DNA of 33,776 nucleotides from an uncultured Candidatus Saccharibacteria bacterium (GTDB lineage: Bacteria; Patescibacteriota; Minisyncoccia; Phycocordibacterales; UBA9973), in NCBI GenBank assembly GCA_964573395.1, contig CAZNJI010000002.1:64931-98706 (forward strand), in the 5' to 3' direction. Position 1 is the stretch's first letter. The number at the start of each line of letters is the position of its first letter. This document shows, piece after piece, positions 8,398 to 16,483 of this stretch. Under the pieces are notes generated by a model. The model saw nothing but the letters and a program-made list of their open reading frames with translations. It had not been told where the DNA came from and did no database searches. The position numbers and the translations under genes were made by a program.

Positions 8398-9195
8398 ATG
8401 CGAATTATCTCGTGGAATGTAAACGGCATTCGGGCAGTGCATAAAAAAGGCGTATTCATTCCATTTATCGAGAAGTACCAGCCAGATATTGTGTGCCTGC
8501 AGGAAACAAAGGCCGAACAGCACCAGAGCGAAGTTGACTTGCCGGAATATGAAGAATACTGGAATTCGGCAGTGCGTAAAGGATACAGCGGCACGGCAAT
8601 TTTTACCAAACAAAAACCGCTCACCGTTGCGCTTGGGTTCCCAGAAAAAATTACGAAAAAGTTTAGCATTAATGATGATGGATATGGCGATCCGGCAACT
8701 GAGGGCCGCATTGTAACGGCTGAATATAAAAATTTTTTTGTGGTTACGGTTTATACGCCGAACGCCAAAGACGACCTCTCTCGCCTATCACTGCGTCATA
8801 AACAATGGGATCCGGCTTTCCTTGCGTATGTAAAAGAGCTCGATAAACAGAAGCCGGTTATATTCTGTGGCGATTTGAACGTGGCGCATACTCCTGACGA
8901 CTTGGCCCGCCCAAAAGAGAATGTCGGCAACAAAGGGTTTACCGCTGAAGAGCGCGAAGGAATTGAGCGTCTTGTGAATGCCGGATTTACCGATACCTTT
9001 CGCATGTTCACTACAGGAAACGGACACTATTCATGGTGGAGTCATTTCGCAAAGGCGCGCGAGCGGAACATCGGCTGGCGGATCGATTATATTTTTGTCA
9101 GCGATCGGCTTGCCAAAAAAGTAACGGCAGCCAAAATCCTCCCGGAAGTGCTCGGCTCCGACCATTGTCCGGTCTTGGTGGACATCAAGATGTAG
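8398..9195 (+). CDS. xth: Exodeoxyribonuclease III (AP endonuclease, EEP family)
   Basis: MRIISWNVNGIRA, DIVCLQETK, GDLNVAH, WSHF...WRIDYIFVS and GSDHCPV are all hallmark ExoIII/Ape1 motifs. Confidence 0.95.
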   Translation: MRIISWNVNGIRAVHKKGVFIPFIEKYQPDIVCLQETKAEQHQSEVDLPEYEEYWNSAVRKGYSGTAIFTKQKPLTVALGFPEKITKKFSINDDGYGDPATEGRIVTAEYKNFFVVTVYTPNAKDDLSRLSLRHKQWDPAFLAYVKELDKQKPVIFCGDLNVAHTPDDLARPKENVGNKGFTAEEREGIERLVNAGFTDTFRMFTTGNGHYSWWSHFAKARERNIGWRIDYIFVSDRLAKKVTAAKILPEVLGSDHCPVLVDIKM

Positions 9196-9262
9196 GCCGC
9201 TGTCCTGTACTCGTTGGCATTGCATTATAGGAAGAAACGTTTAGTATAGAAAAAAATAAAAC

Positions 9263-9838
9263 ATGTTCCGTATAAAAAGAATCTCCCCGAACGAGGTAGT
9301 GCGAATATATGATTTTCAGCTTTCTATACAGCGCCAAATTTACTACGACAGATCAGATGCTTCTCTCAACGATATTCCTTTTACCTACCTGAAAGAGTAC
9401 CCGCTGTTATATAGTGCATCGCTTGATCTGCTTTACGCGGCAGTACTGCCGAATACCGATGAAATTTTAGGATACATTATCGGCCACTCTCCAGGGCTTA
9501 TCGTGAAAGACACGTATCTAAAGCCAATTGATGCCTCATATAAGCTGCACGCTGGGCTCAGAAAAATGTACGCAAACTTGGCTGATCTCATTTTCGATGA
9601 CTACTTTCTTCTGGTAACTGCGGCTTTAAAAGAGGGCGTTGATCAGAGAAACATGCTCTCAAGCCTCCTTTCAAAGCTGCTCCGAAAATCAAAAGAGCAT
9701 CAGTTCCATGGCGCAGTGTATCTTGCCAAAAGTGATGGGTTGAAGAGATTTTTGCCGCTTACGAATTTCAATCTCATTGATACCGTACGATTCAAGTCAA
9801 AAGAGCCCTTTACTAATATTTACTATTGTTCAGTATAG
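9263..9838 (+). CDS. Hypothetical protein
   Basis: 191-aa ORF followed by a terminator. No motif recognised with confidence. A degenerate acetyltransferase-like fold is possible but unsupported. Confidence 0.55.
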   Translation: MFRIKRISPNEVVRIYDFQLSIQRQIYYDRSDASLNDIPFTYLKEYPLLYSASLDLLYAAVLPNTDEILGYIIGHSPGLIVKDTYLKPIDASYKLHAGLRKMYANLADLIFDDYFLLVTAALKEGVDQRNMLSSLLSKLLRKSKEHQFHGAVYLAKSDGLKRFLPLTNFNLIDTVRFKSKEPFTNIYYCSV

Positions 9839-9848
9839 CTCTTACCTC

Positions 9849-9877
9849 ACTCCGTGCTTGCCGCGGAGTTTTTTTAT
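9849..9877 (+). terminator. Rho-independent terminator
   Basis: ctccg-tgcttgccg-cggag followed by ttttttt. Confidence 0.7.
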
Positions 9878-9899
9878 TTCGGCTCCTTCACTCTCCTCC

Positions 9900-9927
9900 C
9901 TAAATCACCCCTTGTACAAGGGGTGAT
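9900..9927 (-). terminator. Hairpin terminator after cca
   Basis: 10-bp stem atcacccctt-gtac-aaggggtgat located 22 nt after the cca stop. The U-tract is weak (ttta). Confidence 0.55.
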
Positions 9928-9948
9928 CGGGCGACATTAAAAAGATAC

Positions 9949-11466
9949 TTACGATTTTCTCTTTGTCTGCACTTGGTGCTTTTGATGCAATTTTTCCACT
10001 TCTTGTTGTTCGGCAATATCTTTTTGATGTTTAGCCTTCTCCCCTAATGCTTTAAGTGTTGCGTCATCCTGCTCATCAAGGTCTTTAGCGTGCTCGGAAA
10101 GCTTCTCTACCGTATTAAGCGACGGGTCATCAAGTACTTCTTCAAGAAGTGCATGTAAAATCCAGCCCATGCGGGGGCCGGGTTTCATGCCAAGTTCCCC
10201 CATCAAATAGTTGCCGTCTATGGCGAGCTGGCTGACCGAGATCGGGTCGCGAAGCGCCTCTTCAATCATGGCGTGGTATTTCCGCAGCCGGTACGGTGCT
10301 TCAGCCTTCTTCATCCCTACCCGGTCGCACTCCCGCACCTGCATGAGGTGCCAAATATTTTCAGGGCCAACTTTCCTAATAATACGCCGAACAGCCGAAA
10401 GCGTAATTTGCTCGGTGTCAGAGAAAAACATGTGATTTCGCACTAAAAGTGTTACCCGTGTAACCGTTTCACGTGAAAAATTAAACCTCTCCAGTATTTT
10501 TTTTGTCATTCGCGCCCCTACTACTTCATGGCCAAAAAAGGTGTATTTATCTTTAGATCGGTCGTATCGACGGGTGGCCGGTTTGCCAATGTCATGGAAA
10601 AGTGCTGCTAGCCGGACATCGGTAGAAAACCCTTTATCGGCGGCATGCTGAAGCGCATGGAGAAGGTGTTCAAATACGTCGTAAATATGAGCCCCTTTCT
10701 GCTCGCAACCTACCCCTTCAAGGAGTTCTGGAATAATAAACTGCAAAAGGCCTGTTTTCTGCAAAAGGCCAATTCCGAAGGCCGGATTATCTGAATCCAC
10801 TATTTTAATGATTTCATCTCGAATACGCTCGTTTGAAACATTCTTAAGCAGCTCCCCTTCTGAAACAATGGCCTCCATTGTTTCATGTGAAATACTAAAA
10901 CCAAGTGTACAGCTAAACCGGACTGCTCGAAGCATGCGCAAAGCATCTTCTTGGAACCGCTCTTTGGAGCTTTCCACTGTCCTTATAATTTTGTCCTTTA
11001 TGTCCTTTTGTCCTTTATAAAGGTCAAATAAATGTCCTTTATGAGGATCATAAGCAAGGGCATTCATGGTGAAGTCTCGGCGTTCCAGGTCTTTTGCAAG
11101 CTCTGTTTCATAAGAAACACTATCTGGATGCCTAAAATCGCTATATTTTCCTTCGGATCGGTAGGTAGTAATTTGCACTTGGTTATTTTTATCAGGCACC
11201 TCTCTCCTATCTTCGGTAGCTATTGGCTCCATATTTAAAACTGTTACAGTGCCGAATTTGTTTTCATTCACCGTCTTTAAATGCTCAAAAACAGCTAGGA
11301 TCTGTTCCGGATGGGCATTTGTTGCAATATCCCAGTCTTTTGGCACCTGCCCCATTACCATGTCTCGAACGCAGCCGCCAACCAAAAAAGCCTCAAAACC
11401 AGCTTCCTGAAGCATGTGGGTTACATGTGAAACGAATGGAGGAATCGTTATATTAAGTTTTTCCAT
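9949..11466 (-). CDS. cca: CCA-adding tRNA nucleotidyltransferase with HD domain
   Basis: Pol-beta head GGCVRDMVMGQVPKDWDIAT and RDFTMNALAY. HD domain HLLHALQ ... LFHDIGKP. 505 aa, with a Lys/Gln-rich C-terminal tail. Confidence 0.93.
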   Translation of the reverse strand: MEKLNITIPPFVSHVTHMLQEAGFEAFLVGGCVRDMVMGQVPKDWDIATNAHPEQILAVFEHLKTVNENKFGTVTVLNMEPIATEDRREVPDKNNQVQITTYRSEGKYSDFRHPDSVSYETELAKDLERRDFTMNALAYDPHKGHLFDLYKGQKDIKDKIIRTVESSKERFQEDALRMLRAVRFSCTLGFSISHETMEAIVSEGELLKNVSNERIRDEIIKIVDSDNPAFGIGLLQKTGLLQFIIPELLEGVGCEQKGAHIYDVFEHLLHALQHAADKGFSTDVRLAALFHDIGKPATRRYDRSKDKYTFFGHEVVGARMTKKILERFNFSRETVTRVTLLVRNHMFFSDTEQITLSAVRRIIRKVGPENIWHLMQVRECDRVGMKKAEAPYRLRKYHAMIEEALRDPISVSQLAIDGNYLMGELGMKPGPRMGWILHALLEEVLDDPSLNTVEKLSEHAKDLDEQDDATLKALGEKAKHQKDIAEQQEVEKLHQKHQVQTKRKS

Positions 11467-11517
11467 GGTTTTTAACTATTTGAGCTAAAGACTACACTTT
11501 CATCCTGCTCGTTCCTG

Positions 11518-11588
11518 TGCGGGTAAGGAGAATCGAACTCCTGTCTCGTCCTTGGCAAGGACGCATTCTACCACTAAACCATACCCGC
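11518..11588 (-). tRNA. tRNA-Gly (anticodon GCC), CCA not encoded
   Basis: Folded by hand as a cloverleaf: GCGGGTA/TACCCGC acceptor, anticodon arm CGTCC-TTGCCAA-GGACG, T-arm AGGAG-TTCGATT-CTCCT. 71 nt; lies 51 nt upstream of the cca start on the same strand. Confidence 0.9.
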
Positions 11589-11668
11589 TCTTAAATTGGT
11601 AACGCTCGGAATTATAGCCATAATTTTTCGTGTTTGCAACGAAAATAGCTTTTTATTCTTTATTTTTA

Positions 11669-11677
11669 TGCTATATT
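11669..11677 (+). promoter_or_regulatory. Extended -10 element (TGcTATATT) upstream of tRNA-Arg
   Basis: TGcTATATT lies 15 nt before the mature 5' end of the tRNA. No clear -35. Confidence 0.4.
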
Positions 11678-11691
11678 TTCTGTGTGCTCAT

Positions 11692-11763
11692 GCACCTATG
11701 GTGAAATGGATATCACAGCGGTCTTCGGAACCGTTATTCTGGGTTCGAATCCTGGTAGGTGCA
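11692..11763 (+). tRNA. tRNA-Arg (anticodon UCG), CCA not encoded
   Basis: Acceptor GCACCTA/TAGGTGC, D-arm GTGA-AATGGATA-TCAC, anticodon arm GCGGT-CTTCGGA-ACCGT, T-arm CTGGG-TTCGAAT-CCTGG (two G-U pairs). 72 nt. Confidence 0.88.
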
Positions 11764-11902
11764 CAAAACGAGTGTAGTGAGATTTGTGCACCTACAGCAA
11801 GCAACCTGCTTTGCTTGCGTCAGGATTCGAAAGGAGTTTCGTTATCCTGAGCTTAGCGAAGGATCGAAACTCACCCGCGACCGTAGGGCGAGAATCCTGG
11901 TA
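11755..11902 (+). other. Highly structured tRNA-Arg trailer ending in a partial copy of the tRNA 3' end
   Basis: Three hairpins. (1) 13-bp perfect stem gtaggtgcacaaa (11755-11767) with tttgtgcacctac (11783-11795). (2) 7-bp stem gcaagca/tgcttgc (11797-11818). (3) 12-bp interrupted stem tcaggat-t-cgaaa-GGAG-tttcg-tt-atcctga (11820-11850). Then gaatcctggta (11892-11902) repeats tRNA positions 11747-11757. Confidence 0.6.
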
Positions 11903-12109
11903 AATAATAAAGGCCCAAATCCTGTCTTTTCATAAGTCTTTTTATTTAAGTTTGTCGCTTAGACAATTTTGACTAATATTGTTCTATAATTCTTATTAAT
12001 AAAGGCTTTTATTGAAAACTGTGGAAAAAGATGTGTGCAATGTGGTTAACAGACAGTCTTTTACAATGTCTTTACTAAAAAACCTTTATAAAATATGATA
12101 ATAAAAATC

Positions 12110-12127
12110 TAGTTTCACGTGAAACTA
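12110..12127. promoter_or_regulatory. Perfect 18-bp palindrome (candidate operator) upstream of yraN
   Basis: TAGTTTCAC|GTGAAACTA ends 10 nt before the yraN ATG and follows the AT-rich -10-like boxes tataaaat and tgataat. Confidence 0.45.
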
Positions 12128-12137
12128 ATTTATAAAA

Positions 12138-12500
12138 ATGAAAATTTTTACTTCAAAAACGCAAAAAATCGGTGAAATAGGAGAAGATATCGCCGTAGCG
12201 TTTCTCATGAAACAGGGGTTCTCCATAGTTGAGCGCAATATCGCCAATAAGTTTGGTGAAATCGATATCGTTGCAAAAAAGCAAGGCAAATATTACTTTA
12301 TTGAGGTAAAAACCGATAAGGGAGGCTTTATTCGAGCGGCTGAAAACCTTCACCATAGAAAAATAGAGAAATTCTACCGTTCTGTTGAATACTACCGTTT
12401 AATGCATAGACAGGTAGGGGAAAACTATGCAATTTCAGTACTACTTGTTTCTCTACAGGATGGGAAAGATCCAACGATAGAGTTTTTAGAACATTTATAG
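12138..12500 (+). CDS. yraN: YraN-family (UPF0102) endonuclease-like protein
   Basis: GEIGEDIAVAFLMKQGFSIVERNIANKFGEIDIVAKKQGKYYFIEVKT matches the YraN core (G..GE..A..YL...G..I...N......GEIDI.........F.EVK). Confidence 0.88.
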   Translation: MKIFTSKTQKIGEIGEDIAVAFLMKQGFSIVERNIANKFGEIDIVAKKQGKYYFIEVKTDKGGFIRAAENLHHRKIEKFYRSVEYYRLMHRQVGENYAISVLLVSLQDGKDPTIEFLEHL

Positions 12501-12614
12501 GGTTTTACATTGTATTTTAAGGCTCTTACTGCTAGACTGCTCCGTACTAGAAAGTAATATCGGGATGCGGCCCCGCCTATGACGGGGTAAATAACGGCTT
12601 AACTGCCTGTGTGG

Positions 12615-12772
12615 GATTGAAAATTACATAAGGGCGTTTAAAAACGTTGTTTTTATCGTCGGGGTGTGGTGTAACGGCTAACATGCCTGTTTTGGGAACA
12701 GGTGACTCAGGGTTCGAATCCCTGCACCCCGACCATGAGAGTAACTAAAACGCCCTTATGTAATTTTCAATC
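12615..12772. repeat. Perfect 25-bp inverted repeat pair bracketing tRNA-Pro
   Basis: Left arm gattgaaaattacataagggcgttt (12615-12639). Right arm aaacgcccttatgtaattttcaatc (12748-12772) is its exact reverse complement. The tRNA lies 20 nt inside the left arm and 12 nt inside the right arm. Confidence 0.9.
12660..12735 (+). tRNA. tRNA-Pro (anticodon UGG) with genomically encoded CCA
   Basis: Acceptor CGGGGTG/CACCCCG (C1-G72, typical of bacterial tRNA-Pro), anticodon arm CCTGT-TTTGGGA-ACAGG, T-arm CAGGG-TTCGAAT-CCCTG, discriminator A, then CCA (12733-12735). Confidence 0.9.
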
Positions 12773-12852
12773 GGAAGTATGAGGTACTTTCACAACATGG
12801 AGTAAGTAACTCTCTTGTAATTTTCGTGCTTATCGTTTTTTACTGTTTTTAC

Positions 12853-12861
12853 TGTTATAAT
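12853..12861 (+). promoter_or_regulatory. Extended -10 (TGtTATAAT) only 8 nt upstream of the large surface-protein ATG
   Basis: tgttataat at 12853-12861; ATG at 12870. Preceded by the tandem repeat tttttactg x2 (12837-12854). Implies a leaderless or near-leaderless mRNA if this promoter is used. Confidence 0.4.
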
Positions 12862-12869
12862 TTTCGATA

Positions 12870-15800
12870 ATGCATTTTAATTCTATATTGTGTAATAGGT
12901 ACAGGAAGAGTGTTCGGACAATATCAGGATTGATTATTGGTCTCATGTTATGCGCCGGTATTACATCGTTCTTTTCACCGAACACCGCTCATGCTGCAGC
13001 AATTTCTGATGACCTTATCAGCCACTGGACCCTTGATGAAGAATCTGGAACTAGAGTAGATTCGCACGGGGATAATGATCTCACGCCAAGTGGGACCGGT
13101 CCGTATGGCGAAGGGAAAATGAGCAATGGGTTTGCTCCAACCGGCAGCGGGACAGAGGGGAGAATCGAGGTTGCCGACAATGCGTCCTTAAGTATGACGG
13201 ATGCCGATGACTTCACCATTTCAGCCTGGGTTAATTTTGATACCTTGAGCGGCACAAGAGGTATTATAGGAAAAAGTAACACTGAATATCTTTTGTATTC
13301 AAGCGGCAGTATTTTGCGATTTGCTGTATATGGCGGCAGTTCAGGAACTGCTTCTACGGTAAGCAGTGCGAATGTGCCAGCGGGTAATTGGCATTTTGTT
13401 GTTGCCTGGTACGATGCGGATGCGCATACGGTAAACATACAAGTTAATAACGGTACGCCAGTTTCTGCCGCAGCAACAGCCGGTCGACCAGTTGATGGAG
13501 CAAATGCGTTCGTAATTGGTGCCATAACAACCACGGGCTATTCCGACGGCATTATTGATTCCGTGAGTATATGGCAGCGTTTATTAACCAGTGATGAACG
13601 AAGCGCACTATATAATTCAGGAGATGGTCTTGAGTACCCGTTCGTAATCATACCGGATTCTCCTACGAATTTGGAAGCAACAGGAGGTAATACTGTTGTG
13701 AACCTTACTTGGACAGCGCCAGAATCGGACGGAGGTTCTGCTGTTACCGATTACGTAATTGAGTACAAACTCAGTTCGGAACCAACTACCTGGTCTACTT
13801 TTTCAGATGGCGCTTCTTCAGAAACTGAAACAACAGTCACCGGCCTTACGAATGGACTGAGCTACGATTTTCGGGTGAGCGCTGTTAATGCGGCAGGAAC
13901 AAGTTCGCCCTCAGCTACCGATTCAGCAGTTCCTCCCGTCTCCGAACCGGAAGCACCAGTCGCTAATTCAGTTGCTATTTCGGGGAATGCAAACGTAAGC
14001 GAGATGCTCACTGGCAGTTATACCTATAGTGATGCGAATGGTGATGATGAAGGCGCATCAACATACCGATGGATGCGCTCAGATACCGCCGGTGGAACAT
14101 ATACCGCTATTTCAGGTGCAACCAGTACTACATACACGCTCACTGAAGATGATCTTGGGAAATACATTAAGTTCGAAGTAACCCCTGTAACGGATGTGAG
14201 CCCTACAACAGGAGGGGCGGCATTGAGTAGCGCCACAAGTCAGGTAAAAAACGAAAGAATTTTGTACCACATTGTTTCTACTGGGCAGAGCCTCTCACTT
14301 GGTTCACAGGGTTCTCCTGCACTTACGACGGAACAGCCGTACGAGAATGTGCAACTGAGCGGCACTTCGCTTGTTCCGTTGGTAGAAAGTAGCGTAGAGA
14401 CGATGAGTAGTGCGCTTGCTAATACCCTTACGAACCTTTCGCCCCTAGAAGACACCATGTCTGCGGTAACCGTTGGAGGTTTAGGCGGTTCGGCATATAG
14501 CGTTATCAAAAAGGGGACGGCAACCTACAACGGTAATTTAACCAAGGCAACAAATGTTAAGAATGCAGCAGCTGAATTAGGAATTCCTGAAAAGATTGCT
14601 GGTGTAACGGTAATTCACGGTGAAACAGATATGTTAAATGATGTTTCGGCGGAAACATACGAGTCGTATCTTGTTGAATGGCAGAGTGACTACAATACCG
14701 ATTTGAAAGCGATTACCGGGCAGGAAGAAGACATACCACTATTCACCGATCAAACCAGTTCGCAGTCTGGTTACAGTAAAATAACTGCCGGCGTGCCGAT
14801 TGGACAGTTGGCTGCATCTGAAAATCATCCCGGAGACATTATTCTCATCGGGCCTAAATATTTTTTGACCTATGATGATAATGTTCATTTGGTGAACACC
14901 AGCTACCGATGGCTTGGAGAGTACTACGGTAAGGTATTTAAAAAAGTATTAATTGATGGGGAATCCTGGCGCCCACTCTCGCCAGATCAAGCAACGCGGG
15001 TTGGTAATGAGGTTTACGTTGATTTTCACGTTCCAGAAGGAGAGCTTGTATTTGATACGACTCTGGTAATAGAACGCACTAATTATGGTTTTGAATATTA
15101 TGACGATGCGTCGTCGGCAACCATTAGTTCCGTAGAAATTCATGATGAAGATACCGTTAAGGTAACACTCTCTACTACTCCTACGGGAGGTAACCAGAGA
15201 ATACGGTATGCATACACTACCAATACGTTCACATGGCCCGGAGCGCAAAAAGTTAATAGTGCCGGAGGGAATCTCCGCGATACCGACTCGACTGAATCGC
15301 TCTATGGCAACACGCTCTATAACTGGGCAGTGCATTTCGATAAGCCGATAACTTCAGATTCTACCGCACCTGTTATTTCTTCGGTTGCCGCTAACTCTTC
15401 TACCACTTCTGCGGCAATAACCTGGACTACTGGTGAAAGCGCATCAAGCATCGTCGAATATGGATTAACGAGTGATTACGGTTCTTCTACTTCTGAAACC
15501 GATACATCTCCTCGCGTTACAAGCCATACGGTCAATGTGTCCGGTTTAGTTGCCTGCACCACGTATCACTTTCGCGTGAAGTCAGAAGACGATAATGATA
15601 ACCTCGCAACTGGTTCTGATAATAGCTTTACTACCGCTGGCTGTACCGGATCGGCACAGGTAGAGGAGGATGTGGCAGAAGAAATCGATTCTAATACAGG
15701 TGGCTCGGTAGAGCTTGATGAAGGAGGAATGACGCTTGCAGTTCCGGCAGATGCTACGGATGCAGATGCGACATATCAAATTAAGCTTCTTGGCGGAGAA

Positions 15801-16478
15801 GCTGTTATTGACGCACTTGGAAGCCCGAGCGGCTACCATGCCTCTTTTGGCAGAATCTACGATATTAAGGCTTTTAGTAATTCAACAACAACTATTGATA
15901 GCTTTGATCAGCCTATTGAAATTATCGTATCTTATTCCGATGAAGATATTGAGGGTTTAAATGAATCATCTCTTACGCTCTATCGCTATCATGATGGTGC
16001 GTGGCAAGCACTCGATGATTGCGTAGTGGATGCTAATGCAAACAGTATTACTTGCACCACCGACCATTTCTCCGTGTTCGGATTATTCGGAGTGGTGGAT
16101 AGTTCTGGATCTTCGAGATCAATAGTGAGCGGGGGCGTCGTGTACTGTACCGCTGAAAGAACGACTTTCTGCCGCCCTCGAGTACAACAACCTGCTCCTA
16201 TTGATGTACAGCTTGGCTTGCCAGTACGAAATTTGAAACTTGGCATGGTTGGGGAAGATGTCCGTGCGCTCCAGCGAATTCTTAATGCAAGCGGCTTCCA
16301 GGTTTCAGCCACCGGTCCGGGTTCTGTTGGTAGTGAAACAAACTTTTTCGGCTCTCTGACCCGTGCCGCGGTTGCTCGGTACCAATTAATGCGCGGCATT
16401 TCTCCGTCTGTGGGGTATTTTGGCCCGATTACGCGTGCGCACATGAAATCAGCGGGACTACCAGGGTTGTGGTGGTAA
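12870..16478 (+). CDS. Large mosaic secreted/cell-wall protein: LamG lectin-like, FN3, Ig-like, SASA/sialate-O-acetylesterase-like, FN3-like, C-terminal peptidoglycan-binding domain
   Basis: 1202 aa.
- Signal peptide: GLIIGLMLCAGITSFFSPNTAHA.
- LamG_3-like: LISHWTLDEESG ... FTISAWVNFDT ... NWHFVVAWYDA ... DSVSIWQRLLTSDE.
- FN3: PDSPTNLEATGG ... LTWTAPESDGGSAVTDYVIEY ... YDFRVSAVNAAGTS.
- Ig-like: LTGSYTYSDANGDDEGASTYRWMR ... GKYIKFEVTPV.
- Esterase-like: STGQSLSLG ... VIHGETDM, compare GQSNM / QGE(S/T)D of the SASA family.
- Second FN3-like: ITWTTGESASSIVEYG ... CTTYHFRVKS.
- PG_binding_1-like tail: GEDVRALQRILNASGF ... FGSLTRAAVARYQ. Confidence 0.85.
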   Translation: MHFNSILCNRYRKSVRTISGLIIGLMLCAGITSFFSPNTAHAAAISDDLISHWTLDEESGTRVDSHGDNDLTPSGTGPYGEGKMSNGFAPTGSGTEGRIEVADNASLSMTDADDFTISAWVNFDTLSGTRGIIGKSNTEYLLYSSGSILRFAVYGGSSGTASTVSSANVPAGNWHFVVAWYDADAHTVNIQVNNGTPVSAAATAGRPVDGANAFVIGAITTTGYSDGIIDSVSIWQRLLTSDERSALYNSGDGLEYPFVIIPDSPTNLEATGGNTVVNLTWTAPESDGGSAVTDYVIEYKLSSEPTTWSTFSDGASSETETTVTGLTNGLSYDFRVSAVNAAGTSSPSATDSAVPPVSEPEAPVANSVAISGNANVSEMLTGSYTYSDANGDDEGASTYRWMRSDTAGGTYTAISGATSTTYTLTEDDLGKYIKFEVTPVTDVSPTTGGAALSSATSQVKNERILYHIVSTGQSLSLGSQGSPALTTEQPYENVQLSGTSLVPLVESSVETMSSALANTLTNLSPLEDTMSAVTVGGLGGSAYSVIKKGTATYNGNLTKATNVKNAAAELGIPEKIAGVTVIHGETDMLNDVSAETYESYLVEWQSDYNTDLKAITGQEEDIPLFTDQTSSQSGYSKITAGVPIGQLAASENHPGDIILIGPKYFLTYDDNVHLVNTSYRWLGEYYGKVFKKVLIDGESWRPLSPDQATRVGNEVYVDFHVPEGELVFDTTLVIERTNYGFEYYDDASSATISSVEIHDEDTVKVTLSTTPTGGNQRIRYAYTTNTFTWPGAQKVNSAGGNLRDTDSTESLYGNTLYNWAVHFDKPITSDSTAPVISSVAANSSTTSAAITWTTGESASSIVEYGLTSDYGSSTSETDTSPRVTSHTVNVSGLVACTTYHFRVKSEDDNDNLATGSDNSFTTAGCTGSAQVEEDVAEEIDSNTGGSVELDEGGMTLAVPADATDADATYQIKLLGGEAVIDALGSPSGYHASFGRIYDIKAFSNSTTTIDSFDQPIEIIVSYSDEDIEGLNESSLTLYRYHDGAWQALDDCVVDANANSITCTTDHFSVFGLFGVVDSSGSSRSIVSGGVVYCTAERTTFCRPRVQQPAPIDVQLGLPVRNLKLGMVGEDVRALQRILNASGFQVSATGPGSVGSETNFFGSLTRAAVARYQLMRGISPSVGYFGPITRAHMKSAGLPGLWW

Positions 16479-16483
16479 TGCAG

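Noticed and set aside
11596-11850. 84-aa ORF on the plus strand
   Set aside because: It runs straight through tRNA-Arg(UCG) and its structured trailer, so the region is better explained as RNA.
12837-12854. Tandem repeat tttttactg x2, and a general search for CRISPR-like arrays
   Set aside because: There are only two 9-nt units inside a promoter region. Nothing in the window shows regularly spaced repeats of 25-40 nt, so there is no CRISPR array.
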